From a virus (taxonomy: Duplodnaviria > Heunggongvirae > Uroviricota > Caudoviricetes), in the IMG/VR virus record IMGVR_UViG_2619619134_000016: 27,207 nucleotides of DNA. One strand, 5' to 3'. This document shows, in pieces, positions 1 through 8,334 of the stretch (the stretch's first letter is position 1; the number at the start of each line of letters is the position of its first letter). Below the pieces are notes generated by a model. That model had not been told where the DNA came from. It was given only the letters and a program-made list of their open reading frames with translations, and did no database searches. Made by a program: the position numbers and the translations under genes.

Positions 1-105
1 TTTTCTCTTGTTAATGGCATCTTCAGTAAATACTGGGTTACTGATAGTGACACCAATTTCAAAACAACCTTCAGACGTATTAACGTTTGGTAATAACGTT
101 TTCAT
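1..105 (-). CDS. dicB: Cell-division inhibitor DicB, N-terminal 35 codons only; the gene runs off the left edge of the window
   Basis: Minus-strand translation from the ATG at 105..103 gives MKTLLPNVNTSEGCFEIGVTISNPVFTEDAINKRK, matching the DicB N-terminus as I recall it; position downstream of DicF fits the dicB operon. Confidence 0.75.
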   Translation of the reverse strand, partial: MKTLLPNVNTSEGCFEIGVTISNPVFTEDAINKRK

Positions 106-279
106 TATCGCGTCCTCAACAATGAATTTTGTGATGCAGTGCCTGGTGCCTCCAGGTGACGTTAACCAGTTAACAATTAACGCCGGATACAGAGAATCCA
201 CCCATAACACTGTTTTTGGTTTTAACTGTTCCGCGTGCGCTCAGCCGCATTCACCACATCACAAAATTCACTTTAAAAA

Positions 280-332
280 GGGCGGCAGAGCAGTCACGGA
301 GTAAAACTGATACCGCCAAACGTCACCAGAAA
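280..332 (-). ncRNA. dicF: DicF small RNA (53 nt), antisense regulator of ftsZ and other mRNAs
   Basis: Reverse complement of 280..332 reads TTTCTGGTGACGTTTGGCGGTATCAGTTTTACTCCGTGACTGCTCTGCCGCCC and is followed by a T-run on that strand; this matches the DicF sequence as I recall it and its place between ydfC and dicB. Confidence 0.75.
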
Positions 333-672
333 ATTGATAACAGAGGGCGTTGCAGCGGGGTTGTCACTTAAGCGTATGGTCAACCTGACAACCCGGTGTC
401 CTCAACGGGGAAGGAATAACCCCGCCATACTTACCGCCGCGCCATTTCGCGGGTTGCCACAACCGGAAGCGCACGGTCGACGAAAATTTAACGACAGGCT
501 ATCTATGAACCAGCTACCTCGCCGTGCGCTTTCGCGTTATGGTCTGACTTTTCAGGGAAATATCCTTTCAGTAAACTGTCAGTGCCGGATGCTCACCCGT
601 GTCCGGCGCACGCACTCCACCTCACCCGTGGAGAACTCCTTAATTACTAACCTTAGCTTTGTTGATTAGCTA

Positions 673-891
673 CTAACGCGGGTATGTAATCATTCTGGCA
701 ATGCTTAATGCCGCTGCTTTTTCCAGATTGGTGATATCCTGCTCCAGAGCGGACAGATTTTCAGCCTGCTTAGCCCTGGTTTCATTGGCCCATTTCAAAT
801 CCTGCGCTGCATTAATTTTCTGGCGCATCCACTCATAAAGTTCATCATCGGTATAGTCTGGCGCGATGATGACGGGTTCTCGTTTCTGCAT
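673..891 (-). CDS. ydfC: Small dicB-operon protein, 72 aa
   Basis: 72-aa ORF in the track, in the expected position and orientation between ydfB and dicF; assignment by size and synteny, not sequence memory. Confidence 0.6.
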   Translation of the reverse strand: MQKREPVIIAPDYTDDELYEWMRQKINAAQDLKWANETRAKQAENLSALEQDITNLEKAAALSIARMITYPR

Positions 892-920
892 ACTGATTCC
901 TCGCGGTGCTGTTTCGCTTA

Positions 921-1049
921 TCAGCCGTTAGATTTTGCCGAACTGGAAAGCGCCTGTTTAAATTCGTTGAAGCTGAGAGCTTCTTCGCCGTCGGCAAGAC
1001 CTTCGAAGTATTCTTCGTAAGCCTTTTCCATGATTGTGTCGAAATCCAT
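921..1049 (-). CDS. ydfB: Small acidic dicB-operon protein, 42 aa
   Basis: Hand translation of the minus strand from ATG 1049..1047 to TGA 923..921 gives MDFDTIMEKAYEEYFEGLADGEEALSFNEFKQALSSSAKSNG (42 aa); size and position match ydfB. Confidence 0.6.
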   Translation of the reverse strand: MDFDTIMEKAYEEYFEGLADGEEALSFNEFKQALSSSAKSNG

Positions 1050-1050
1050 A

Positions 1051-1206
1051 TCACTCACCTGGGTTTCTTTCCAGCCAGCGACGGGCACCATTTTCGGTTT
1101 TAAACGTTTTGCTTTTGGTATACGTCATCGCGGTGAACGTACCGTCCTGGTTGGGGAACACGCCACATACCAGAGATTCGCTGTTGCCAAGATCGATAGT
1201 ATCCAT
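1051..1206 (-). CDS. ydfA: Small dicB-operon protein, 51 aa
   Basis: Internal ATG at 1206..1204 of the 69-aa track ORF gives a 51-aa product MDTIDLGNSESLVCGVFPNQDGTFTAMTYTKSKTFKTENGARRWLERNPGE; first gene downstream of dicA on the same strand. Confidence 0.65.
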   Translation of the reverse strand: MDTIDLGNSESLVCGVFPNQDGTFTAMTYTKSKTFKTENGARRWLERNPGE

Positions 1207-1320
1207 GCTGACCTCATTTCCCCTTAACGCCGGGGTAGCGGAACTGTTTGCTGAGAACACCGTGCGGTGTCTTGATGGAAAATAATTTAGAATAACCTAA
1301 CATGAGAGGCAAGTGTTTTT

Positions 1321-1338
1321 TGTTAGATTGATCTAACA
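1321..1338. promoter_or_regulatory. Near-perfect 18-bp palindrome TGTTAGATTGATCTAACA in the dicA to ydfA intergenic region; candidate DicA operator at the dicB-operon promoter
   Basis: Read directly; shares TGTTAGA/TCTAACA half-sites with a second palindrome at 1832..1849. Confidence 0.5.
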
Positions 1339-1374
1339 AAAAGGGTGGGCGCAACTAATCACTTGAAAAGAATG

Positions 1375-1782
1375 TTATTTTATTGATTTATTTTTACGCG
1401 CTTTAAGCATTTCTTCGAAGAGTTTGTTGAAGTTTTCTACTCTTGCGCGCATTTCAGACAGCAAGGCTTCCTGCTCGGAAGATGGAAGAGCATCGAATAA
1501 TTCGATCAATTCTTTGTGGTTGGGAGTTAGCTCTGTTTCCACATGAAGTTCTTGTGCAGGCACTGGTGCCTTGTCTTCGTCACCAAACATTAGCCATGTA
1601 GGTGAGCACTTCAGAGCATCCGCTAAAGCAAACAATCGTTTTCCGACTGGCTGGGTTTCGTCTCTTTCCCATTGTGAAATTGTGACGTGAGCAACTCCAG
1701 CGAGGCGCGCGGCTTCTCGTTGTGTTAAGCGTAATTCTTTTCGTCGCGCCAGAACTCGCTGGCCCAGGGTTCTTGTATCCAT
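1375..1782 (-). CDS. dicA: HTH (XRE-family) repressor, cI-like, 135 aa
   Basis: 135-aa ORF with an N-terminal helix-turn-helix signature (LRLTQREAARLAGVAHVTISQWER), divergent from a Cro-like gene and directly upstream of ydfA; size and context match DicA. Confidence 0.8.
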   Translation of the reverse strand: MDTRTLGQRVLARRKELRLTQREAARLAGVAHVTISQWERDETQPVGKRLFALADALKCSPTWLMFGDEDKAPVPAQELHVETELTPNHKELIELFDALPSSEQEALLSEMRARVENFNKLFEEMLKARKNKSIK

Positions 1783-1804
1783 AGTTAGGTAATTCTAATT
1801 TTTC

Positions 1805-1849
1805 TTGACTTAGGTATCCCGCGCACAATAATGTTAGAAAAGTCTAACA
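1805..1849 (+). promoter_or_regulatory. Putative dicC promoter (-35 TTGACT 1805..1810, 17-nt spacer, -10 ATAATG 1828..1833) overlapped by palindrome TGTTAGAAAAGTCTAACA (1832..1849)
   Basis: Hexamers and palindrome read directly from the sequence; typical cI/cro-type switch geometry. Confidence 0.5.
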
Positions 1850-1859
1850 AGAGGGGGCT

Positions 1860-2090
1860 TTGATGCTTAAAGTTGACGCAATTACTTTTTTTGGCAGCAA
1901 AACAAAGCTTGCCAATGCCGCAGGAGTGAGGCTGGCAAGTGTTGCTGCTTGGGGGATACTGGTTCCTGAAGGTCGCGCGATGCGTCTACAGGAGGCATCT
2001 GGCGGGGAGCTTCAGTATGATCCCAAAGTTTATGATGAATATCGTAAGACGAAGCGGGCGGGGCGGTTGAACAATGAAAATCACTCCTGA
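1860..2090 (+). CDS. dicC: Cro-like small regulator, 75-76 aa
   Basis: Track ORF of 76 aa begins at TTG 1860; an ATG at 1863 sits 7 nt after a GAGGGGG Shine-Dalgarno, so the true start may be 1863. Divergent from dicA; size matches DicC. Confidence 0.7.
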   Translation: MMLKVDAITFFGSKTKLANAAGVRLASVAAWGILVPEGRAMRLQEASGGELQYDPKVYDEYRKTKRAGRLNNENHS

Positions 2091-2595
2091 ACAGGCTCGT
2101 GAGGCTCTGGATGCCTGGATATGTCGACCAGGAATGACACAGGAGCAGGCGACGATATTAATCACTGAAGCATTCTGGGCTTTGAAAGAGCGCCCGAACA
2201 TCGATGTTCAGCGTGTCACAGATGAAGGTGGCGCGGTTGATCAGCGAGCGCTTGGTGTTAATCGAGTGAAGATATTCGAACGCTGGAAGGCTATCGACAC
2301 CAGGGATAAGCGTGAAAAGTTCACGGCGCTAGTGCCTGCGATTATGGAGGCTATCCGGATTAGTGATTTCAGGTTGTATCGTGAAATTACTGACGGAAAA
2401 AGCATCACGTGCATGATCGCCGGGTTAAACAAAGAATATGGCGATGTGGTGGAGTCCGGACTGCTTTTTGCTGATCCTGCCGTAGTGGATCGTGAAACTG
2501 ACGAACTTATAGAAAAAGCAATTGCTTTCAAGCTTGCGTATCGACAGCAATACCAACAAAAAGCTGGATGGAATTATGAGCCTTCTTTTTGCTGA
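2074..2595 (+). CDS. Hypothetical early-region protein, 173 aa, in the cII/YdaT-like position after the cro-like gene
   Basis: 173-aa ORF whose ATG at 2074 overlaps the dicC stop; no motif I can assign. Confidence 0.45.
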   Translation: MKITPEQAREALDAWICRPGMTQEQATILITEAFWALKERPNIDVQRVTDEGGAVDQRALGVNRVKIFERWKAIDTRDKREKFTALVPAIMEAIRISDFRLYREITDGKSITCMIAGLNKEYGDVVESGLLFADPAVVDRETDELIEKAIAFKLAYRQQYQQKAGWNYEPSFC

Positions 2596-3541
2596 ACGCC
2601 CACTGGTTATAAACACGCAGCTGGCAATGAAAATTGGCTTAAACGAAGCCATTGTTTTGCAACAACTGCACTACTGGTTGAGAGATACCAACTCCGGCAT
2701 GGAATGTGATGGTGTTCGCTGGATTTATAACACAACGGAACAATGGCTTGAACAGTTCCCATTCTGGTCAGAGTCAACGTTAAAGCGCGCGTTTGCAAGT
2801 CTGAAAACGCTGGGGCTTTTGCGTTGTGAAAAGCTCAATAAATCAAAGCGCGATATGACCAATTTCTACACGATCAACTATGGGAGCGAGCTTTTAGATG
2901 GTGGCAAATTGAGCGAATCCATCGGTTCAAAATGCGCCGCTCCATCAGGTCAAAATGACACGATGGAAGAGGTCAAAATGAAACGCTCCATTGGTTCAAA
3001 ACGACCCAATGTCATCGGGTCAAAATGGCCTGATGATCTTACAGAGAATACAACAGAGATTACTACAGAGAATAAAAACACTTTTCGTCCGGAAGCTTCG
3101 CAACCGGACCCGCAGACGACTGAACAGGATTCTTTAACCCGGAACTCCGACGCGGTTGTGTTTAGTGCGAAAAAACGCCAGTGGGGTAGCAGGGAGGATT
3201 TGGCGTGTGCGCAGTGGATCTGGGGGCGGATCGTGGGTCTCTACGAACAGGCAGCCAGTGATGATGGCGAGATCATGCGACCAAAAGAGCCTAACTGGAC
3301 TGCCTGGGCCAATGACGTGCGCACAATGCGGATGCTGGATGGCAGAAGCCACAGACAAATTTGCGAAATGTTTGGTCGGGTTCAGCGAGATCCATTCTGG
3401 GTAAAAAACATCATGAGCCCGTCAAAGCTCCGCGAAAAATGGGACGAACTGGTCATCCGCCTGGGACGTTCACCTGTACAGCGTTGTGTTAATCATATTT
3501 CTGAACCGGATACAGAAATTCCGCCTGGTTTCAGAGGATAA
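2576..3541 (+). CDS. Phage replication initiation protein (O-like / replisome organiser), about 321 aa from ATG 2576; track ORF begins at TTG 2522
   Basis: Position after the immunity region; the coding sequence contains five tandem iterons followed by an AT-rich tract, the arrangement of ori-lambda inside gene O. Start codon choice is uncertain. Confidence 0.55.
   Translation: MSLLFAERPLVINTQLAMKIGLNEAIVLQQLHYWLRDTNSGMECDGVRWIYNTTEQWLEQFPFWSESTLKRAFASLKTLGLLRCEKLNKSKRDMTNFYTINYGSELLDGGKLSESIGSKCAAPSGQNDTMEEVKMKRSIGSKRPNVIGSKWPDDLTENTTEITTENKNTFRPEASQPDPQTTEQDSLTRNSDAVVFSAKKRQWGSREDLACAQWIWGRIVGLYEQAASDDGEIMRPKEPNWTAWANDVRTMRMLDGRSHRQICEMFGRVQRDPFWVKNIMSPSKLREKWDELVIRLGRSPVQRCVNHISEPDTEIPPGFRG
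2924..3090. repeat. Candidate replication origin: five direct iterons GGT(T)CAAAA(T/C)G at 2924, 2948, 2971, 2993 and 3018, then an AT-rich tract (3031..3090) with ACAGAGAATA repeated at 3041 and 3065
   Basis: Repeats read directly from the sequence, spaced 22-25 bp apart. Confidence 0.55.
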
Positions 3542-3581
3542 GTGTTGATTTCAGGTCATGAGGTAATTTTAAGGGGGACTT

Positions 3582-4004
3582 GTGGCAAAAGTTTTTACAC
3601 AAGAAGAGCGGGAAAAAATTAAATGGCAGGTGGTGGAACTCGTGCGCCAGAGCGGCCGTGAGACGTTACGGCAACTGGAAGCTAAAACAGGTGCGACTAG
3701 ATATCTGATGAGCGTTCTTGCCAGAGAGCTGGTAGCCAGTGGCGATGTATACAACTCCGGCTACGGGTTATTCCCCTCTGAACAGGCGCGTAAGGACTGG
3801 CAAAACGCCCGCAAAAAACTCTCGAGGGCAAAGGTGAAGAAACCTGCTGTGGTTGATCCGGACCTTATCTGGTCATCACCTGACGGAGAAATACGTCGCT
3901 ACGACAGTCGCCTAAACATAATCTGTCGCGAGTGCCGGAAGAGCGAAGTTATGCAGCGCATACTGGCTTTCTATCAGGGTAATTTTCAGGACGTGGCGCA
4001 GTGA
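3582..4004 (+). CDS. Hypothetical phage protein, 140 aa, GTG start
   Basis: Track ORF; GTG at 3582 lies a few nt after an AGGGGGA Shine-Dalgarno. No recognisable motif. Confidence 0.4.
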   Translation: MAKVFTQEEREKIKWQVVELVRQSGRETLRQLEAKTGATRYLMSVLARELVASGDVYNSGYGLFPSEQARKDWQNARKKLSRAKVKKPAVVDPDLIWSSPDGEIRRYDSRLNIICRECRKSEVMQRILAFYQGNFQDVAQ

Positions 4005-4446
4005 GTGCACCGGCAACCATTCTTGATATGTGCTGTGGCAGCCGCATGTTCTGGTTCGATAAGTCTGACAAACGGGCGATATTCAGCGATATCAGAAAAG
4101 AAGGATACACATTACGCAATGGGAGACGCTTGATTATCAGCCCTGACATTATCGCAGATTTTCGTGCATTATCATTTGCAGACGCATCTTTTTCGATGGT
4201 TGTATTAGACCCTCCGCATCTTGAGCGTGTTGGTGATAACGCCTGGATGGGAAAGAAATATGGACGGCTGAATAAAGATGCCTGGCGTGATGATTTGCGA
4301 CAGAGATTTAAAGAAGCTTTTCGGGTGTTGAGGCCGCACGGCGTTCTGATTTTTTAATGGAATGAAACGCAAATACCGGTAAGCCAGATTCTGGCACTGA
4401 CAGATAGAAAGCCTGTTATCTGTCAACGAACAGGGAAAAAACGATA
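4001..4446 (+). pseudogene. DNA methyltransferase-like gene interrupted by an in-frame ochre codon (TAA 4355..4357)
   Basis: Product carries an FxGxG-like SAM motif (ILDMCCGS) and a DPPH motif resembling the DPPY/DPPF catalytic motif of N6-adenine/N4-cytosine methyltransferases. The frame continues after the TAA (WNETQIPVSQILALTDRKPVICQRTGKKR) to a stop near 4446, suggesting a point nonsense mutation. Confidence 0.45.
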
Positions 4447-4619
4447 AAACCCACTGGATTATTTTTATGAAAGAGGCATCCAGTGAGTAGATTCGTAAGG
4501 TTACAGATACGTATATCTGAATAATTAAATTCAGTTCTGTAAATAAAACTTAATCCTTAACCGGATGGATTTCTGCACCCTCAGAACATCAGGAGGCCGC
4601 CCGAAAGGGCGGTAGTGAA

Positions 4620-4733
4620 ATGCGAAAGTTCAAAATTATTATTGAAACGGAAATAGCTGGTGGAGATTTTGAGGATGTATTCGAAGTGGACGATGACGCA
4701 ACACCTGATGAAATTCATGACGGAGCATAAGAA
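4620..4733 (+). CDS. Possible small acidic protein, 37 aa (MRKFKIIIETEIAGGDFEDVFEVDDDATPDEIHDGA)
   Basis: ATG at 4620 preceded by AGGAGG (4591..4596) and a GAAA-tetraloop hairpin (4597..4612); below the ORF-track size cutoff; speculative. Confidence 0.25.
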
Positions 4734-5508
4734 ATTTTCTTTAACTACTGCAATTACTCATACCACGAAATAAAAGACGATGAGGAAGAACAAAGTGGCT
4801 GATTTTTGTTCAGCTAAATATAACATCAGTTTTGAAGAGCGGGATGAACTATTAATGGACTATGGTGAATTACGCGGTGGAAGTGCTGCTGATGTCGAAT
4901 CCTAGCGTGATGACTATGAAGCGGGAAAAACTCCGGTCGAAGCATATTGTGATGAGTGGGGCGATGAATGAGCGAGATTAATTATCAGGAAGGGCATGAA
5001 ACGGCGGGGCAAGCAAAACCAGTGGCATGGCGATATCGCTACGTGAAAAAAGCGTTACGGACTTTCAGGGGAAGTAGTGGTCTGGTGACTGGAAATATGT
5101 ACCGAAAAAAGAGGATTGTAACGACAGGCCGAACTATCAAATTCAGGCCTTATTCACTGCCTCACCAGTCCCGGTTACATCAGAAGAACTGGTTAAAGCT
5201 GTGCACTTTTATGAACAACTAAAACGCGAAAATCCACCAACATCCGGCAACTAGATTAATGGATTAACTATGTCGGTTAAACGACCAGCCAACTGAAAAA
5301 GCGGAAACCTGATTACAGGTTGCCAGATAAGGCAATGAGCTACCTGGCGCGGAACGGACTGATAAGTATGGGGAATGTTTTACGATGAACCTTTAGACTA
5401 AAGAGTTTGTAACGCTATGTAAGTGATTTTTTCTGGTTTAGATATTTATATGTCCGGCCAAATTGAGGTGTGTTTAAATGTAATTGCACATTGATTGTAG
5501 GAGGAATA

Positions 5509-5688
5509 ATGAAAAACGCATTGCAGTTTTTGTTTGTTGCGTTCTGGTTGTTCGCATCATGTATGCCCATCATCTTCACAGCAAGGTATATGGAAAAAGT
5601 TGATGTTTTGATATTAATATTTGGATATATAAATGCCCTTTTTTTAGGGGTGTTCATGGCGGTCATGTGCATTGAATACTGGCGGTAA
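5509..5688 (+). CDS. Small hydrophobic (membrane) protein, 59 aa
   Basis: ATG at 5509 preceded by a strong AGGAGG Shine-Dalgarno at correct spacing; product has two hydrophobic segments. The track ORF starts further upstream at 5470. Confidence 0.4.
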   Translation: MKNALQFLFVAFWLFASCMPIIFTARYMEKVDVLILIFGYINALFLGVFMAVMCIEYWR

Positions 5689-6022
5689 ATACAGCGAACT
5701 CCATTGGTTTAGTTGGATATTTACTGTGCTGGACAAAAACGGTTTGCGGGGAAATCTTAGTTAAGTAGAATGACTGCGGGTGCTTGAGGCTATCTGCCTC
5801 GGGCATGGACACCAACGGCAGATAGAGAAAAGCCCCAGTTAACATTACGCGTCCTGCAAGACGCTTAACATTAATCTGAGGCCAATTTCATGCTAGACAC
5901 ATGTAGGTTAGCCTCTTACGTGCCGAAAGGCACGGAGAAGCAGGCTATTGTTAACACCAAGCTGTAATGTCCCCTTTGAACCATTCTAAAATGTCCCCAG
6001 ACAATTCTCTGGGGGATTTTTC

Positions 6023-7363
6023 ATGATCAAAGAGACTGTTACGATGAGTCATAAGGAACTCCACCGACTTCAGATTATTCAGGAGTCAATTAATCGACAT
6101 ATTACTCAGGAACAAGCTGCGGCACGCATTGGCATTTCTATTCGGCAGGTTAAACGTCTGGTGCAACGGTATAGAAATGAAGGGCCTTCTGGTCTGGTTT
6201 CCCACCGACGTGGAAAGCGTCCTAATAATTCCTTTTCTACTGAATTCAGAGCAACAGTAATTTCACTCCTCAAAGGCCGTTACGCTGATTTTGGACCTAC
6301 GTTTGCGTGCGAAAAATTGCGCGAGATACACGGTTTATCTTTATCCGTTGAAACTCTCAGAAAGTGGATGATAGAAGAGGGGTTATGGCGTGAACGCCGT
6401 CGTAAAATTGCCCGTATATATCAACGCCGCATGCGACGACCATCTTACGGTGAACTGATCCAGATTGATGGCTCACCTCATGACTGGTTTGAAAATCGAG
6501 GCCCCAGATGTACACTGATCGTTTTCATTGATGATGCCACCAGTGCGTTGATGGCGTTGCGTTTTGTGCCTGCTGAAACAACCCGGGCTTACATGGAAAC
6601 CCTCCGGGGTTACCTTAATGATCATGGCGTACCGCTCGCTCTCTACTCTGATAGACACAGTATATTCAGGGTAAATAACCCAGAGCGGGAAGGTGAGCTG
6701 ACCCAGTTCACTCGTGCGATAAAGACACTGGGCATCGAGCCAATCCATGCCAACAGCCCGCAGGCAAAAGGGCGGGTAGAGCGCGCCAATCAGACACTAC
6801 AGGACAGGCTGGTCAAAGAAATGCGGCTTCAGAATATCAGTGATATTGAAACAGCAAATGCATGGTTGCCGACCTTTATTGAAGCCTATAACAACCGGTT
6901 CGCTACGTCGCCTCGTACTACTGATAATGCTCATCTTGATGTGCACCATTCTGAAGAGGAACTGGGTTATATCTTCAGCCTACAGGCGAAGCGCGTTCTG
7001 TCTAAAAATCTCACTTTCCAGTACAAAAGCAGTGCGTTTCAGGTACGCAGTGAGAGCCGGGGATATCGACTTAGGCATTCGGTTGTTACTGTATGCGAGA
7101 ACTTTGACGGTGAAATTAACGTTCTGTATGACGGGAAAGCGCTGGGCTGGGAAAAGTATGTTGATGGCCCGGAGCCTATACCACTGGATGATGAAAAGAG
7201 TGTCCATGAACGAGTGGATAATGCCCGTATTGATTTACGCTCAAAATACTATGTTAAACCTAAAGCTGACCATCCCTGGCTTACGCGCCGAACGCAAAGT
7301 CATCAGCAAGTTAAGCCCCCGAAGTTACCTAAAAAGAAGCCTGATCCCGATAAAAAAGATTGA
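6023..7363 (+). mobile_element. Insertion-sequence transposase, single ORF of 446 aa, DDE integrase-core type with N-terminal HTH; IS481-like or ISNCY/IS1202-like; element ends not resolved
   Basis: N-terminal HTH (AARIGISIRQVKRLVQRY) and motifs consistent with a DDE triad (IQIDGS, YSDRHSIF, KGRVERANQTLQD). I could not identify convincing terminal inverted repeats or target-site duplication. Confidence 0.7.
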
Positions 7364-7799
7364 AACCAAGATCGATTCGGTTGAGTGCATATCCATTCAT
7401 AGGGTAGATTCTTAAGTCGCGTTTCTGGTGTTCATTTTCGGGTGGTTTGTTACTTGTTTTACCGGGGATATGCCAGAAACGCGCTGAGTCAGTCTGGGCG
7501 GTGCGCGTAATGAGACGTTATGGTAAATAGCCTATGCTAATGTCCGCTAAGAGCAAGAAGCGGAAGTTGGCAGTTTTGTGGACTGTCCCCACAAAAGTGA
7601 CTACAGAAATAGTTGCAATTCATAATTGATCATGGGTTGTCAGTTAAACTCGTGGCGATTTAAATAGACTAATTGGGAGTGCGTCCATTACTTATATCTT
7701 GTAATGTTAACTATCAGAAATGATACAAAGATAATATGTCTTTAAAGAAAAGGCTGATGGCGAAAAGTGGCCCGATGAGGGCCACAATACGGCTGTCAC

Positions 7800-8132
7800 T
7801 TAGACGTAAATATCAATGGTGCCAGCGGTATTTGTATCGTCTTTTTTCTCTTCTTTTTTATCAGGCTGAACTGTCGCGTCTTCATTCTTTTTCTCTGCCT
7901 GCTGCCTTAACAACTGCTCCAGTTGAGCCCAGAGGCTTTCAATTTGCTTCTGTACCAATGCAGCCATTTCTTTTTTCTGCTGTGTCGTCATCCCCTCTTC
8001 CGATGAGATTTTCCCAAGCTTTTCAGTCAGCACCTGAATTTGTCTTGTGATTTTGGCTATTTCTGATGTTCCTTCCGGGGCGGAGTTGTTTGAAATAACG
8101 GTTGAGGTATTTCCCTGAATTGTGACAGACAT
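7800..8132 (-). CDS. flxA: FlxA, sigma-28-dependent prophage protein, 110 aa
   Basis: 110-aa ORF with coiled-coil character, neighbouring ydfV and relB as in Qin; directly preceded by a sigma-28 consensus promoter. Confidence 0.8.
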   Translation of the reverse strand: MSVTIQGNTSTVISNNSAPEGTSEIAKITRQIQVLTEKLGKISSEEGMTTQQKKEMAALVQKQIESLWAQLEQLLRQQAEKKNEDATVQPDKKEEKKDDTNTAGTIDIYV

Positions 8133-8155
8133 AGATTTCTCCTTTTAAAAAAGCA

Positions 8156-8183
8156 CTATCGGCATGCACAAAAAAATCTTTAA
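8156..8183 (-). promoter_or_regulatory. Sigma-28 (FliA) class promoter for flxA: TAAA, 15 nt, GCCGATAG on the minus strand
   Basis: Reverse complement of 8156..8182 reads TAAAGATTTTTTTGTGCATGCCGATAG, matching the TAAA-N15-GCCGATAA consensus in 7 of 8 positions of the -10 element, about 25 nt upstream of the flxA start. Confidence 0.7.
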
Positions 8184-8334
8184 TCGTATTTCTTGTGTCA
8201 TTAATTGTTTGATGTTCAGATTGTTTTCCTCGCGGGCTGGCGCGCCTCAGAAAGTAAAGCTTGTTGACAGGGGTAAACGTTCGGCAATAATTTTCTGCCG
8301 CATGCGGGTGTTGCATAAAACGTGTTACGTTCCT

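Noticed and set aside
8-304. 98-aa plus-strand ORF at the left edge
   Set aside because: It lies antisense to the dicB 5' end and the DicF sRNA, both of which have sequence-level support.
334-669. 111-aa plus-strand ORF between DicF and ydfC
   Set aside because: Arg-rich, non-protein-like composition; the region is the untranslated spacer of the minus-strand dicB operon transcript.
906-1285. Three overlapping plus-strand ORFs of 65-83 aa, and the 69-aa minus-strand ORF 845..1054
   Set aside because: They overlap ydfA and ydfB, whose hand-translated products match the expected small proteins.
6473-7415. ORFs of 91, 191 and 75 aa overlapping the transposase
   Set aside because: Alternative frames inside the 446-aa DDE transposase ORF.
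5899-7610. Candidate IS terminal inverted repeats (TGTAG... at 5903 paired with ...CTACA at 7601)
   Set aside because: Beyond the first 5 nt the two ends do not match as inverted repeats; IS boundaries left unresolved.
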